A stretch of 64,000 nucleotides of DNA from Yuukianura sp. NJ FZ-2021 (lineage: Eukaryota): positions 3,100,001 through 3,164,000 of the forward strand of contig CM102284.1 of NCBI GenBank assembly GCA_046563655.1, given 5' to 3'. Shown piece after piece: positions 22,701 through 35,500 of this stretch. The translations under genes were made by a program, and so were the position numbers. Position 1 is the first letter of the stretch, and each line of letters opens with the position of its first letter. The notes below the pieces were generated by a model that was not told the DNA's origin, made no database searches, and saw only the letters and a program-made list of their open reading frames with translations.

Positions 22701-24312
22701 TTCCAAGCGTCCAAATGTTCCTCACAAAATATACCCCATCAATTCCCATCTCGTCTAAAGGAAAACGTGTATGAGCTATATTTCCAATATCCCACTTTCT
22801 CTTTTCTAAACTCTCCAAGGTAAAAACTTTCAAAAAGTGTTTTCTCGGATCGGGAACCGTGATATGCTTGCCTTCTGAATGGAAATGTCTAGAGATTAAT
22901 CAGCAGGAAAAGTGGCTTTCAGCCTGTTCCAAATAGCCCGCTCTAGACGAACACCATATTTCTTCAAACCCCGCTTCTTTTCAACATATTTTAAACATTC
23001 ACCATCTTTCCTCACAGCACCAATACTTCATCTCTCACGAAATCCAAAAACCAAGCCCTACTTCATCCATTTTTTGCTAAATGTAGCTAGAAACACTTCT
23101 TTCTACTTTTTGTGTTCTACTTAAGTAGAACAAAACAGAAAAGCTGTTCAGAAGAAAGTTAGACTTTAGTTTTGGTCAGCTCTTTCGTGACGGCGCAACT
23201 CAACAGGTCAAACTTCCGACACCTCCTTCACAGGCCAACACCTAAAAACCTTGTAACTCACCAAAGAAAAACGAAAAGCTCAAATAATGAAACGAAGAAG
23301 ACTGTTACGCACTTGGAGAAAGGAAAGTGTAAAGTAAAAAGAATGATTTTCCCAAGGTGCCCTTGTGTGTACTCAAGGATCAACGCTAAGTCCCCTCATC
23401 TCCCTTCCCGCACGCCTCCTTTTCATTGTACCAAGAAAAGTCTCAAAATTGGAAAATAATCCTCAAAGGCCAGTTACTTCCTTCCAAAAACTTTCATACA
23501 TGTAAAAAAAAAATACATTATATGTAAAAAAAAAACATTAAAAACAGCTTTTACCCTGTTACAATGCGCAAAATCAAGGTTTGTTGGCATTTGATTTTGT
23601 TTAATAGGTTGGGTAATACCCCATATTTTTTCGAGTTTCTTTTTCACAAAAAGCTTGTTTCACAAAAAGTATCTTTTCATTTCGGAGCATCGTAAGTCAT
23701 AATTTTTTTTTTAAATTTTCATACGAATTGGTACCAATTTTTTGGATTCGTACTAAATTGGTACTAATTTTTTATTCGTTTTTTTTTTGTCAAAAAGCGA
23801 AGTAGCATCCAACCTGTTAAAGAAAATTAACTTTTCGTTGTCAAGGAACCTTGACTCAAAATCGTCTTAAAAATATTCATCCAACTCTCGCAGACACATA
23901 AAATTTCATCCTAAAGTAAAAACGTCGCGTTGATTTTTTCGGTTATCGTAAAGACTATGCCAAAATAACTTCAAGTTCAGCTAAAAATGGACACAAAACT
24001 GGAAGAATAATGGAAGCATTCAACACAAAAGCGACTGGCTGCGTCAAAGATCATTCTCACCATTCATCAATTTTCCACTTCTGTCAACTGTTTGTGATAC
24101 CGTGTGAAACTAAAGTGCTTTGTTACCTTGATGCTGTCATAGCACGCCGTGACACGTCCATTCTGAACTTCAACATTGACTGGAGGATGGGCAAACTTGC
24201 ATTCTGTGTCAGGCCGAGAGCATTTGTTTCGCTGAAACTCTCGACAGACTTCCAGCTGGAGCCAACGAGAGTCCTTCATGTTCAGCAAATTGTTCATATT
24301 CACCATTGCCAT
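4679..24312 (-). CDS. mbl: Muscleblind (MBNL-family CCCH zinc-finger splicing regulator), multi-exon gene span
   Basis: Exons 24127-24312, 13972-14142, 13731-13883, (12132-12332), 11702-11837, then alternative last exons 10873-11201, 10113-10864 or 4679-4713. All joins are GT-AG and phase-compatible. Hallmark peptides: [66 protein letters not shown]. Confidence 0.96.
10113..10864 (-). CDS. mbl: mbl alternative terminal exon B (about 250 aa, Ala/Gln-rich low complexity)
   Basis: Long ORF with coding-like composition ending [10 protein letters not shown] phase-1 acceptor aacgcag|TT-AGT-AGT at 10865 is in frame with the 11701 donor, but its polypyrimidine tract is weak. Confidence 0.7.
10873..11201 (-). 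CDS. mbl: mbl alternative terminal exon A
   Basis: Strong acceptor ttccgttgtttgtcgcag|, phase 1 matches the upstream donor. Encodes [20 protein letters not shown]...PALKKLK...[19 protein letters not shown]. Confidence 0.75.
11702..11837 (-). CDS. mbl: mbl exon with KRP/NLS-type motif
   Basis: ctgaag|[45 protein letters not shown]+T|gtaagt (phase 1). Resembles the Drosophila Mbl GMVPFKRPAAEK...PFVPVS segment. Confidence 0.93.
12132..12332 (-). CDS. mbl: Candidate mbl cassette exon (67 aa)
   Basis: gttgcag|[67 protein letters not shown]|gtactt; 201 nt, frame-preserving, GC-richer than the flanks. I do not recognise a homologue. Confidence 0.5.
13027..13377 (-). promoter_or_regulatory. Cluster of five UGCAUG (Rbfox) intronic splicing motifs
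   Basis: catgca on the + strand at 13027, 13043, 13206, 13359 and 13372. Confidence 0.65.
13731..13883 (-). CDS. mbl: mbl linker exon (not shown in this frame in the ORF track)
   Basis: ttcttag|[51 protein letters not shown]|gtaag; 153 nt, phase 0-0. The ATNPYL...QQK pattern is typical of insect Mbl. Confidence 0.9.
13972..14142 (-). CDS. mbl: mbl exon completing ZnF2
   Basis: gtttgcag|[57 protein letters not shown]|gtacgt; 171 nt, phase 0-0. Confidence 0.95.
16465..16666. mobile_element. Degenerate foldback/MITE-like element with ~15-bp sub-repeats
   Basis: gatcaaaaagtgaaaagatcaaa is inverted against tttgaccttttcactttttggcc around a taggtt/ttagg core. Confidence 0.55.
17899..18120 (+). 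mobile_element. HINE/DINE-1-like element copy (degenerate)
   Basis: 5' aagtagcgaaag, a (cag)acag microsatellite, and 3' cataaagtagtttt..., all shared with the 30316 and 45814 copies. Confidence 0.55.
20610..20809. mobile_element. Degenerate Tc1/mariner-type MITE
   Basis: Inverted repeat cttgccaaaaaatattta / taaatatttttggcaag; the right end reads ...cctg-TA. Confidence 0.45.
23601..23820. mobile_element. Possible TTAA-flanked MITE remnant
   Basis: ttaataggttgg ... ccaacctgttaa (11/12 inverted match including TTAA). Confidence 0.35.
24127..24312 (-). CDS. mbl: mbl first coding exon (ZnF1 and start of ZnF2); full exon 24127-24380 including 5'UTR
   Basis: [62 protein letters not shown]. Acceptor ttgattacag at 24381; donor AAG|gtaaca. 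Confidence 0.96.
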
Positions 24313-27300
24313 GTTTTCTCCGGTTCCGAGGAAACAGGAGTCCTTTTACAAGACAAAATCCACACAGCCCAGCAACTCCCCTGTAATCAAAACACAAGCA
24401 ACAAATTACTCAACTTCTGAGCCACTCCTTCATAAATAAGTTATGAATAGCACTCTCTAATTCAATGTCAAAAAGATGACGAGATCCATGTCAACTTGTC
24501 AACCCCCTTCCCCCTACTAAGTATTGGACGAAATGACACACAACAAAATCCAAAATCACAGACTCTGTGATTTTGAATTTCGTTGTGTCATTATGTATGT
24601 GACATGGGTGAAAGACAACAATCTTTCCAGTTCCTGGAAATGAAACAGAGGAAACAAATCTCATCTCATCACCAAATAGTCTGATTCTCATCTGATATTT
24701 TTTTTTCAAAATTGTAATCCCACGAACGCATCTTCCTCCCCTCTGCTTATAAACCAGAAATCCGAAAAGAAAATGGAAAGATGAAGAAACAGGGAAGATC
24801 AAAGATAAGATACGCAGAGGGCACGTTCCCGACAAACAGAGGATAATATAATAACGAAAACAAAATTACTTTATCCACCCTACCAAATATGGTTTACAAA
24901 AAAGAAACAGTTTTCTACAGTATAATTTAATAAAAATAGTACAAAAGTAACAGCACAATAACATATAAACGCAAAACGAGATTAGCTCCAAGGAATTTTG
25001 GCGTGCACTATTTTCAAAAAGCCACAAACTTAAAAAACAAAACTTTTGTTTTGCGGTTAGTGCAACTCCAAATCCTGTTCAATAAACCGAAAATCAAACA
25101 CACAGTGTCATTTCCTTCCAAAAATAATCAAAACCCAAAGAAAAAAATTCTTGACGTTTTCAATTTGCAAAAGTTATTCAAACCGTAACAACCTTTTGGT
25201 AATCCTGGAGAGTAGAGTCGGAACTTTATTGGGATAAAAATCAAATTACTTTCTTTCCTTTCTCTTCTACACGAATGACTCTCTCTTTGGTCTTTACAAT
25301 CTGCCTAATTCACTTTCACTTTCTCCCAATTCCGAACTATCGGCAGATTCAGTAAAAGTCCACTTTTGTTTGACCAAATTTTGACCAGAGATGCGCCCTT
25401 GTGACTCTCATGTGTCAAACTAACTTGGGAGAACTTTTCCTCTGAGAAGGAAAATGACAAAGTCCAAGTTCAGTGGTAGAGGAAATGAAACTCCACTTGG
25501 GTGGAGTTCCCTCGGAGGATGATAAAACCTCTCATAAAACCACAAGCACAAGCTCTCCCCCTTACAACTTATTTCTGCACTCTTACTCAAAGTCGCAAAT
25601 TCTATTTTTCGCCAACGGAAGCACAACCAAGCTGGATTATGGCTAAAGTTCTCACAAAAAGTCCATAATATAAAAGTAAAAACTGAACACAAGCAGAGTT
25701 TAGTCAATTGAACTCTATTTTCTCTCCCTTTGCAAATAAAATGGATTTCCGTGGCGTCGACAAGTCTCAATGAGGCTCTAAAAATTTTTACCCTCTTTCC
25801 TATTCTATTGAAAGGGCGAAATTAGAGTTTCTCCCTCTCAAATTCACAGAACGTCCAAAACTTCCAAAAAATTTACAGCCAACCAGCAAACAAAAAAAGT
25901 GCCATAATTTTGGCAACGTAAGATAAGCTCTCCCCTCTCACATGAGGTCATTTTGCTCCCCTCACGCCAACGTAAATACACTTCAAAGCTTTTCGACCTG
26001 CCATCCATAGCATGGGTACGAAATAAACACAATAATAAATGCCATACCGAGAATGTCTCCCATTTCTAGTCCACTTTCTCCACATTCATCACAATAAAAA
26101 CCACATCATATACATAGCAGGTATATCAGCAAAAACCTGTCAAACATTTACCTAATGTAATCTAAAATTTACGTTAACCTTATATTCAATTATGCCCAGC
26201 TGATTTGTAACTGCTTAGATTAGGATACTAAGGACCAAGTTATGTTAATCGTAAACTGAACTTAAGAGTAAGAATTTGCGTTTTTCGCAGGTTGACCTGG
26301 ATCCATAAAACAAAAGAGAAAAGTCAGACGGAGAAAGTCAGTGGCTTTGGAAAGTCCTGCGTCCTGGCCTATACTGTAGATCTGTCAGCTGGATCTATTT
26401 GCCAAAGTTGTCTGGAATTGGCAAATGGAGGGATCGCATGTTAATTGTCCCCCAACAGGACCAACTCCAGAGCTCTCCATCACTCACTTTCAACGTCAGT
26501 TTCTAGCGTTGCCCATTTCGAGTCCATAGCTCTTGGTTCCTAATGAGCCCTAAATAGGGAAAAGCTCCAAATGAGAAAGACTCCACCTTTGAATTAATTC
26601 CAACCCAGCATGAAATACACACTACCAACTCAACGCAAAAAAACAATGAGTGAAAGTGAACTCAACGATCTGCTGGCATGCCAAGGCGCCTTTCTCCCTA
26701 GGGCTTAAAGACCTACTTCAAAATTGAAATATGACCAATTGCGCCTTTCAATTACTCTAATTCAAGATCCGTGTCCCAGGGAGTCTGCAAGAGTCCCTGC
26801 AGGCCCTTACTCGTCATCAGTTCTGTCTAGGAGGACTTTGTGATGGAGAAAGTGAAGTTCTAATAGATGGATTTATAGTCAAATCCATCTCCAATACAAC
26901 CAACGGACTTTTGTACAAATATTAAGGGAATAAGGCTCTCTCTGCTGGAGAAAGAAAAAGAAATGTTGATGGGAGTTTGGATCATAAAATGGAGTCGTAA
27001 AAGAGAACGAGCTCCTCGTAAAATCCTACGTAAAGGAACCACCCCACCCCTACCGCCCCACCCACCAGACTAGCCGGAGCCACCGAAAAATTATTCATAA
27101 TTCCCACCACCCCTCCCCATTGCCACACGCCTCAGTTTCAGCCAAAAATAACACAAGACACACTTTCTCCTTCCTTTTCAAACCAACTGTAAGACGAATC
27201 CTAAACTTACAGCATTTAGGAAACTTTTCGTTTAGAGTAAAAACAAGCCTGATATGAATCCAATCTGCAAAAAATATCAACTTTCGCTTTGTTTGCAAAA

Positions 27301-30300
27301 ATCCTTTGCATAAAAACATTTCCAAATTCCTACTGTAAACTGTAATGTTTTTCAAAATTTGACCCAGACGCCGGAAAGAGAAAGTTTCCAAATCCACTTT
27401 GGTGAAACTTTTCGTTTCTGACGGAATTAGAGAGGTTTGACTCCACTTGTTAAATTGTGAAGGCAAGTCACGGGAGGAGCGTGGCAGTTGAAGGGAATGA
27501 CACATCGGTCTTGGCTCAAATGTAATTTCAGCTCTCCCTTTCATTTTCATTTGGCGGTGAAAGTGCAGAGAGAAAGGCAGAATCCTTGGGGATTTTCCTA
27601 TCCTCAGAGAAAGCCATGAATAAAAAGCATGTTGCAGAAGAGCATCTTTTGCACTCTATGCGGACACTCCGAGTAGTCGCATGGAACAAGGACACGAAGT
27701 GAGGCTAAACTCAATTAAAAAGTCACTCAAAGGCAGAATCCCATTATGAATCCTCCTCCTTTCCACCAGTATTAATCACAACATCAAATTAATCTCAACA
27801 CAACAAAGACGTAAACTTCCCTGTTATCACCTGTGAAGACCTTCAAAATAACAATCACGCAAAGGACACTTTTCAACTCTAATTTTTTTTAAATTTAAAT
27901 TTTGGCAAAAACACTGAAACTGAAACATAGGCAGTTTTTGTCTCCTTCCGCTCTTTTGGAAATCAGCTTAACTTTTAGCACATTCCGCCACGTCAATCAC
28001 TCTTTCTGCACGAACAAACAAGAATTCACTTTTAGTGCCAACTTGGTCTCACTCAAGTATTGTACTGACAAGTCTTCACAAAAGTTTTCCACAGCATACC
28101 TGTTAATTACTTTGGAATCATGAAACAAAGTTAGGTCGTTTATGAGAATGGAATCCAATCCTGAAATATTTGCACAAGCGTTTCCTGACTAAAAAAATCA
28201 CTTGAAGAAAACAGTTCGAACAAAGAAGCACTTAAACTTTTTTGTGTTTGAAATGAAAATTTTGAATTTGAAAAATGGCACTACAACTTCCAAAATAGCA
28301 CTTGAATTTTAGTCAATTCATTGTCTAAGTAAAGTATTGTTTTCTCAAAGAAATCAAGCCCTTTACCGTTATTATTCCTGCTACTTAAAGACACAGAATT
28401 GACCCCAATAGCGCGTTTTTGTTGAAAAAATAAACTTTCGTCAACTAAAACAGAAAAAGACGCACCACAAATTCGCACTCAAAAATCTTGAACTCAACTG
28501 TTGAAATTGAGATCCGGCGTACTTAATTTTTGCCGCGTTTTCAGCATAGCGGCAAACCTGACTATACGATGTTTGCTGTACAAACTTGCTTAACATAATG
28601 CTACTGCAGCTTTCCAAAAGACAAAAACCGACCGCCGAGCACAAGCACTTTAATAATTGCAAAAAACCACTCATCACTTTGATAAGATTTTAGAAGGATT
28701 TAAAACTAAACCTGTGCGATTTTAATATTAAGCTCTGTTCATGTAGTAGTTTCATCAGTGAAAGTGAACCTCAACTTATGTTAACTGAAAATGAAGTTAT
28801 GCAATTCTAGTAGAAAATTGTTCGCAGTAGACATGTCTGGTTTCCAGTGGTTCAGCAAATATCCGGACGTGAAGTCATTCGAATTAAGAGAATGTCGACT
28901 CAATTTTTTCACGTTTTTCAGATGAAACGCAGCATTACAATAATTAAAACCTAACCAAGCGCGTTAATTCCTTTGCCATGCCCATCGAAGTCGCCTTCGG
29001 GTTAAGTTCGAAATTGGAAAAACGAAAAGAATGAATGGAACAATGTTAAAAGACTCAAATGTATTTAAGTTTCTGCTGACTCCAAACATGCAACGTCCTC
29101 CATTTCCCAATGAATGCACTTATTGCAAAAACGAATGCAATGAATCCCATTTCAAAATTGCTCCCATTCTGACTCAAGCCCTGGGAAAATTGCAAAAATT
29201 GCACCCATATGCCCAAGGTGTTTTCGAATGAGGATTCTCTAAACAACTTTAAAGCTTAAAAACAATCTCTCCCGACTCAGGATGACTTGTGTGGGACTAC
29301 TTAAATTACCATCTTGCAAAACCAACACCTAAAACACAACCCACGCATTTTCTTTAGTACTTTTACACTTATTTAGTCCCACATCTTACCTCCAAAGAGG
29401 TCAAGCAGAGACACATGAACAGCAGACGGACTTTGACTTTTAGGCCAAACAAGTGTCGTGAATAACTCAACTTTCCATAAATTCCACTTAAAACTTAATG
29501 CTTTCAAAGAAACTTTGGAACAAATGCACAAAAACTCTTGAAATCAAGCGTTCGTGGAAACTCAGAACACGAAAGAAACCTTGAACTCTGCATGGAACTT
29601 TGGATCGATTTGAGCCAGACACTTTTATAAGACTGAATGGAGAGGCAGACCCCCTCCCACTCTCTAGCCTCTAGTAAACTACACAAATTAAAGTCTCACT
29701 TTCTCCTCAAACCAATCCGAAATGAGATATATTGAGACTAGAAACCCAAAAACTTTGTCTATACCTCCCACATTCAACGAAAGTGTTGATTGTTCCAGAG
29801 TGTGAAGAGGGAAAGCACTTCAACTTCCACCAATCCAACCAAATGAAGATGAGGACAAAGTTGGAGAAACTTTATTAGACTCAAATCGGTTCTAAAGGCG
29901 TCATTCCCACTCTGCACTCACTCAAAGCATAATTCACCTACGACAAAATCCAATTAATCCACAAGATCCAAAACAACGGTTCCACTTTCTCCTGAATTTA
30001 ATCTCCCAACAACCCCAACCACAACACATACAACAGGAAGAGGCATTAAGTTGTCTAATAATATAATAATAATAATCTTTCTCTAAAAAAACAAGACATC
30101 TAATGGACCCAACCCACCTTTTGCTTCCGTTTTGGCTCAAATTCAGCGCTCTTCCGATAACAAGCCACCTTATATGAGTAGATCCTACATCCGCCATGCC
30201 ACAATCACTCAACAGTTAGTTATCGTGCAAACAAGTAAAAACTTAAAACAATCTTCTTTTTCCTTCCTGGATATTCACCTATAATAATACACTGGTTGTA

Positions 30301-30315
30301 AACTGGAGTGTAAAA

Positions 30316-30766
30316 AAGTAGCGCAAGATATCACTCTAGTCTACTCACTATTAGCAGAAGCTCATTATCGTCAAATCGACATATCGTCATATATCCAAAA
30401 ATTATCGTCAACTAACACGAGTAGTGGAGTTAAGAACGGTAAAAATAAAAAATGGCCTTTGACCCGATAGGGGATTACCTAGTGTCAGACGATTTATACA
30501 AAAGTTGTTTGTCTCGATGAGTTGAACAACTTTTGTAGAGGTCATTCTTTATGTTACCGGAGATAAAACCGATTGACCTTGACCTTTCACCTGGAAGGTG
30601 TTGACCTGCCGGGATAATATTCAATTGTGAACATCTCGGAGTCACTAGGGATTGATTAAGCAAAAAAAGATCCCCGAAATGAGGAGCATTCTACCAGATA
30701 ATCACTGTCTAGACTGCCAGACAGACAGACAGATAAATCTAATTCATAAAGTAGCTTTTACTACTT
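30316..30766 (+). mobile_element. HINE/DINE-1-like element copy
   Basis: 5' aagtagcgcaag, internal gaccttgacctt, (caga)n, and 3' stem-loop aagtagcttttactactt. Confidence 0.65.
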
Positions 30767-31944
30767 AATAAAATAAAATCCACCGAAAAATCACTGCCGC
30801 AGAAAAATTGAAAGTTTTAGAGTAGCAGTAGTAATAAAACAAAATGTCATTTTTGACGATGCAATAATGTTGCAGATAAAACTCTTGTTTTTGAAATAGA
30901 AAAACATCAGTCCCGCCTCTTTGACGAATGACAGCTCACAAAAAATCCCATTCTACATAAATTCATAAAAACTAGAGAAAGTATCATTCTTTTCCGTCCA
31001 GTCACTTAAAGTTTTTCCAACTTCTTCAACTTCCCTACATTATAATTCATTTCAAAATTATGTTTCCTAGAATTGGTACTTGCAGACGGACACCTAAAGG
31101 TCTGAGAGAAGTGGCGTTTGGCTAAATTGAGAACGAAGTTCTTGGAATACCGGCTCTACCAATAACTCTCCTGCCTTTCTCTCTCCTACTTTCCCCAGGA
31201 GGCTCACTATGAGCGGAAAATAAAAGGAACCAACTTATATTTATGGACTGAAGGAGACGATCCCCCTCCCTTGAAAAACCCATTAGAAATGACCCACCCC
31301 AAAACAATAGAGAACGGAAATTTATATGCCTACGACCCACAAAACAGGAACAAAAACACCTCAAGCCAATCTCCACAACTTCCACTAAAAGACTAAACAA
31401 GAAACACAATGTTCAAATCCCGCTGTACCAAGCTAACAAGCTAACACTCAAATTTAGAAAACAAAAGAGCGGGAGGAACAAAAGAACTGATAAGTCTCTT
31501 TCTCTTTTTCATAAACTGGATCCAGTTTCACAAAAATTCAATTAAGTAAATACAGTACATGTTCAGAACTTCCTGTTTAAACTGAACCACACCCACCATC
31601 AACAGTAACCGAACTTTCAAAAAAAATCCTTACTTGCCTCCCACAACGAGTTCATTACATGGACTTTTTCCACTTAAAATCTATGAGAAATACACTGTCA
31701 TGTATGGGTTTCGCCATGAAAATCCCCATCTAACAAAAATTCTACCATGAATTCAGTTTTAAATGTAAGAAACTCAGGAATTCAGAGGTGCCCCACCCAA
31801 TGCTCTTTTGCCTTAATGGACCCTAAATCATCCACTTCTCTCAATATAGTTGAACCAGTAAAGGACTAAAGGACATCTAAAGTACTATAGTTTACCTTTA
31901 TAGTCTATGTTATGTAGTATGTTGTAGGTTTATCGGTTTATGTA

Positions 31945-32552
31945 GTAGCACGCCACTGTTCCGAAAGAATTACCACGAAACCAATTGCTCCGACAAGTAA
32001 ATTGTTAAAAAAACAGGTTGCTCGGAGCAATCTGTTTTCGGAGCAACTGGCTCCGGAACCGGAACTGACTAAAATCAAATAAACTTAAACTTACGTTTGA
32101 GGCGGTAACGTATGATCTTCTGCTGACCTTGACCTGAGTATGCTCTCCCTTACCGAACAAATGACAAAAGACTGGAAAATGACTGGAGACTGGAGAGGTG
32201 TAGACAGAGGAGATCTGTACAGAGGTTGAGGTGTTTATTGAGACTACCCCTTAAAAGTTTCCCTATCTCATGATTTTGAATTGTGTTCCCGCAGGGGTCT
32301 CACCTTACCCCGTTGCACGTTAATGTGCGTAGGGTTTAGCAGGATATGCTATAAATTATAAGGTTAGATTTGGTTTAACACTAACAGATGTTACATTTGG
32401 TTGAGTTATGGTATAAGGTTGGGCTATATAAGACCGCTTTCGGAGTAATCGGTCTTTCGAAGCAAATCACCTTTGGAAGCAGTTGGTTTCGTGCAACTTC
32501 ATTCGGAGCAATCGGTTTCGTGCGAATTCATTCGGAGCAATGGCATGGAATC
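31945..32552. mobile_element. Foldback-type non-autonomous element, copy 1
   Basis: Ends gtagcacgccactgttccgaa / ttcggagcaatggcatggaatc, with periodic ccgaa/ttcgg sub-repeats. Same ends as the copy at 38658. Confidence 0.7.
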
Positions 32553-35500
32553 GGTTCATGTTAGAGTATGAGAGCTCATTAGGAGTCAATCCATCAAAGT
32601 ACACTACTGGACTAACTTTTCCTTGTACCAACTTAAAAATAATTTCACCTAATGTCAAACCATAATCATCAAGACGTAATGACCCAGGGAAAGCGCACTT
32701 TCACTCCGAATTAATCAGCTTCAGGGAACCTCCCTTCCTCCCACTTCCCCCTTCAGAAAAAAAAAACACACGAAAAAACAAAAATTCCAATAGGCTAAAA
32801 TACTGCTTCCTCTTTCTATTCTCCTAAAAATAGCACTTTGCATCCCAAAATCAACAAAAAACCAAACTATCTCTTGCCCTGATAAACCAATCTTCAAAAT
32901 GATGTTCGAAACCAAAAATATTTTTACTGTCTCTCTCTTTTTCTAAATTTTTAGCCGTAAATCGTGACTTCGAAGTCGAGCGCCAGAAACCACCAAAATA
33001 ATCCATTTTTACGTCATTTGCTCCCAAAACTGTTCCATTTTTCAAAGGAACTTAAACGACATTCCTAATATCAACTCGTGACAAGAAACTGGAACATCTT
33101 AAAGACGAAAGTAAGGAGTGATACGAAAGTTGATAACACTAAAGAGGCATGAAATTTCCTGTTTAGTAAGGAGCAAAGACATTCTCTGCGCCTTTCTCCA
33201 CCACCGCCTTCATTCTTGGGCTTTCCCCCACTGAATAATCCATTTGACCTTCCTCTGCCCTTCCTCCCTCCCCTACACTTTCACAGCTACGAAAACCTAG
33301 GATTGACCTCTTCTGCCCCTTAATAGGCCTTCGGAGTCTACTTCCAGCTACAGAAAAAACTTCGTCCTCCTCAATTCCCAAGCCACTAGCATTTCCTTCT
33401 CCGAAAAACAGAATCCGCCTCCTCAACGAAGAAGAGACTCCGTTTCGTTCAGAATTCCGAAAGCCGCTTTCGCAATAGAGAAGATCCAGATCAGCCATTT
33501 AGAAAATCCTCTACTCCATTCTCAAGTCCAAACCAAGGAGAGATCAGAATATTCCAAGGACCAACTCCTACATCTCACCCCGAAAATACATCAACTGCCA
33601 AAACACTTTTATGTCTTCTCACCACTCTTAACTTAATATTCACTTTTTCAATTTCTCTCAACATCAGTTCTACTTCAAAAGGAATCTAAAAGAAAATACT
33701 TTTTTTGAAACTTTTCGCCCAGGTCGCCATTTACCAAACATCGCACAAAGCTTAACCTTTGACCTACAACTTTCTTTTTCGCAGAAGCGCTTCTGCTAAA
33801 AAAAAAACTTCCGTTAGAATAATAGTTATCAATCATATCCATAGCAGAATTCGGAAGCCAACTACCAATTTCCACTCCGTTTCAAAAGCAACTGTCTAAT
33901 CCCACAACATATCAATTTCTTTGAATTTCCTACCTGCCTCCCTCCACCCTATTTTCTGCGTGTACCATTTGTATAATTTGATTCTCTCTTCCCGCCCAAA
34001 GCTCTCTCCTAAATGATCTTGTAGACTTCCCTCCTCGTGACATCCATCCCATGTTCTACGGAGAAAGTAATTTCCCTTGGAAATAAAAGAAAAAGACCTC
34101 GTGGAGGGCAGACTCCATTCCAATTGGGAATTTAATAATAAATAAAACGGAGAGAAACTCAAAGTGAAAGCCACCCTTCTCCACTCCTCTTCACTTCCAA
34201 CCAAAAGGACTTTCTCTTAGCATCTTCAAGGAAAAGTTCAAGTGCACAATGGGATCCTCGGGACATGCACATTCCACATCCACACAATAAACACCTCCCG
34301 AGAACCCACTTCCAAAACTAGAAAACAGTACATTACTAAAGGCATGCTAACGGCTTCTCTGCGGAGAAACTCTCCCTTCAAGCATGTTTTAACGCAGTAG
34401 AATGGAAAAAAGAGAAAGCATACTATTCAAAAGAACTGAGTCTGGTCGTCGCTAACATCAAAACATAGGAAATATTCCACTTCAACCCACTTGACTCCTC
34501 TCTTCCATTCCCTAATTGAATCCATCCCACTTAAGCACCCGATTACAAAGAACGACAAGGGAAAGTTAGGTCACAGGTCAGACACGCCCACTTAATGAGC
34601 CCATTTCAAAGCCGAATCGATATTTAATCTCAGAGGTAGGCTAACCTAACCTAAAGTGATAAGAGAGAAAGTGCTTCAACTAGAACCTATCACTAGGAAG
34701 TGGATACGAAAGTGATTGGATACAAAATGTCACTGCGTTCTTCCGCTGTTCTGAGTTTACATGGTATCCCTATTTGGCTTTTAGAAAACGTGAGTTCTAC
34801 AGTAGCAATGGCAGTGGAAGTACCCTATTTCACGGCGTATATCGCGCATTCGCGTATACCGCGCACTCAAATACAATAAAAAATAAAGATAAATTAAAAC
34901 TAGAATTATCAATCAAAATAGTCGTCAAAATTGATAAAAACCAGAAGAAATTCCTAAGCAATACCTATTTTGATATCAAGCCAGACTGAATGTTTCCAAA
35001 TATCGTCACATGAAGATTTATTTAAGGCGATATTGCGCAATTAGGGCATTTCTGGAACAACTAATTTTTGGTAGTGGAATTCAGATGATTTTTATTATTT
35101 TTGAGAAATTTTTACTAAAACTTTCGAAGAATTTCTTCGGTTTATGCCACAAAAATAGCAGATAACACGCGTGTTATACGCCGTGAAATGTGGTAAGAGC
35201 AGTGGAAAAAGTAGTAGGGTGCGAGACCCACTTAAGGAGGCGATTAGGATGTGAAATGCTCCTGAAAGCCCTTCCATGTTCACTATTCCACTTTACAGTC
35301 ACAAATACAATCAACACTTTTCTCCGGCGGACCTTTGCATAAACGCAGCCTTGCTCAAGACAAAACTAAACTCTCCAAATCTTGAACCTTACTATTACGA
35401 AATATCAATTTGCGAAAGATTTCCCTAATGCCTTTGCCTGATTCCTTTAGGGTAACTTACTTACGTCAGGGTTCAAACTCTGTCTAGCTGTCTGTCTGTC

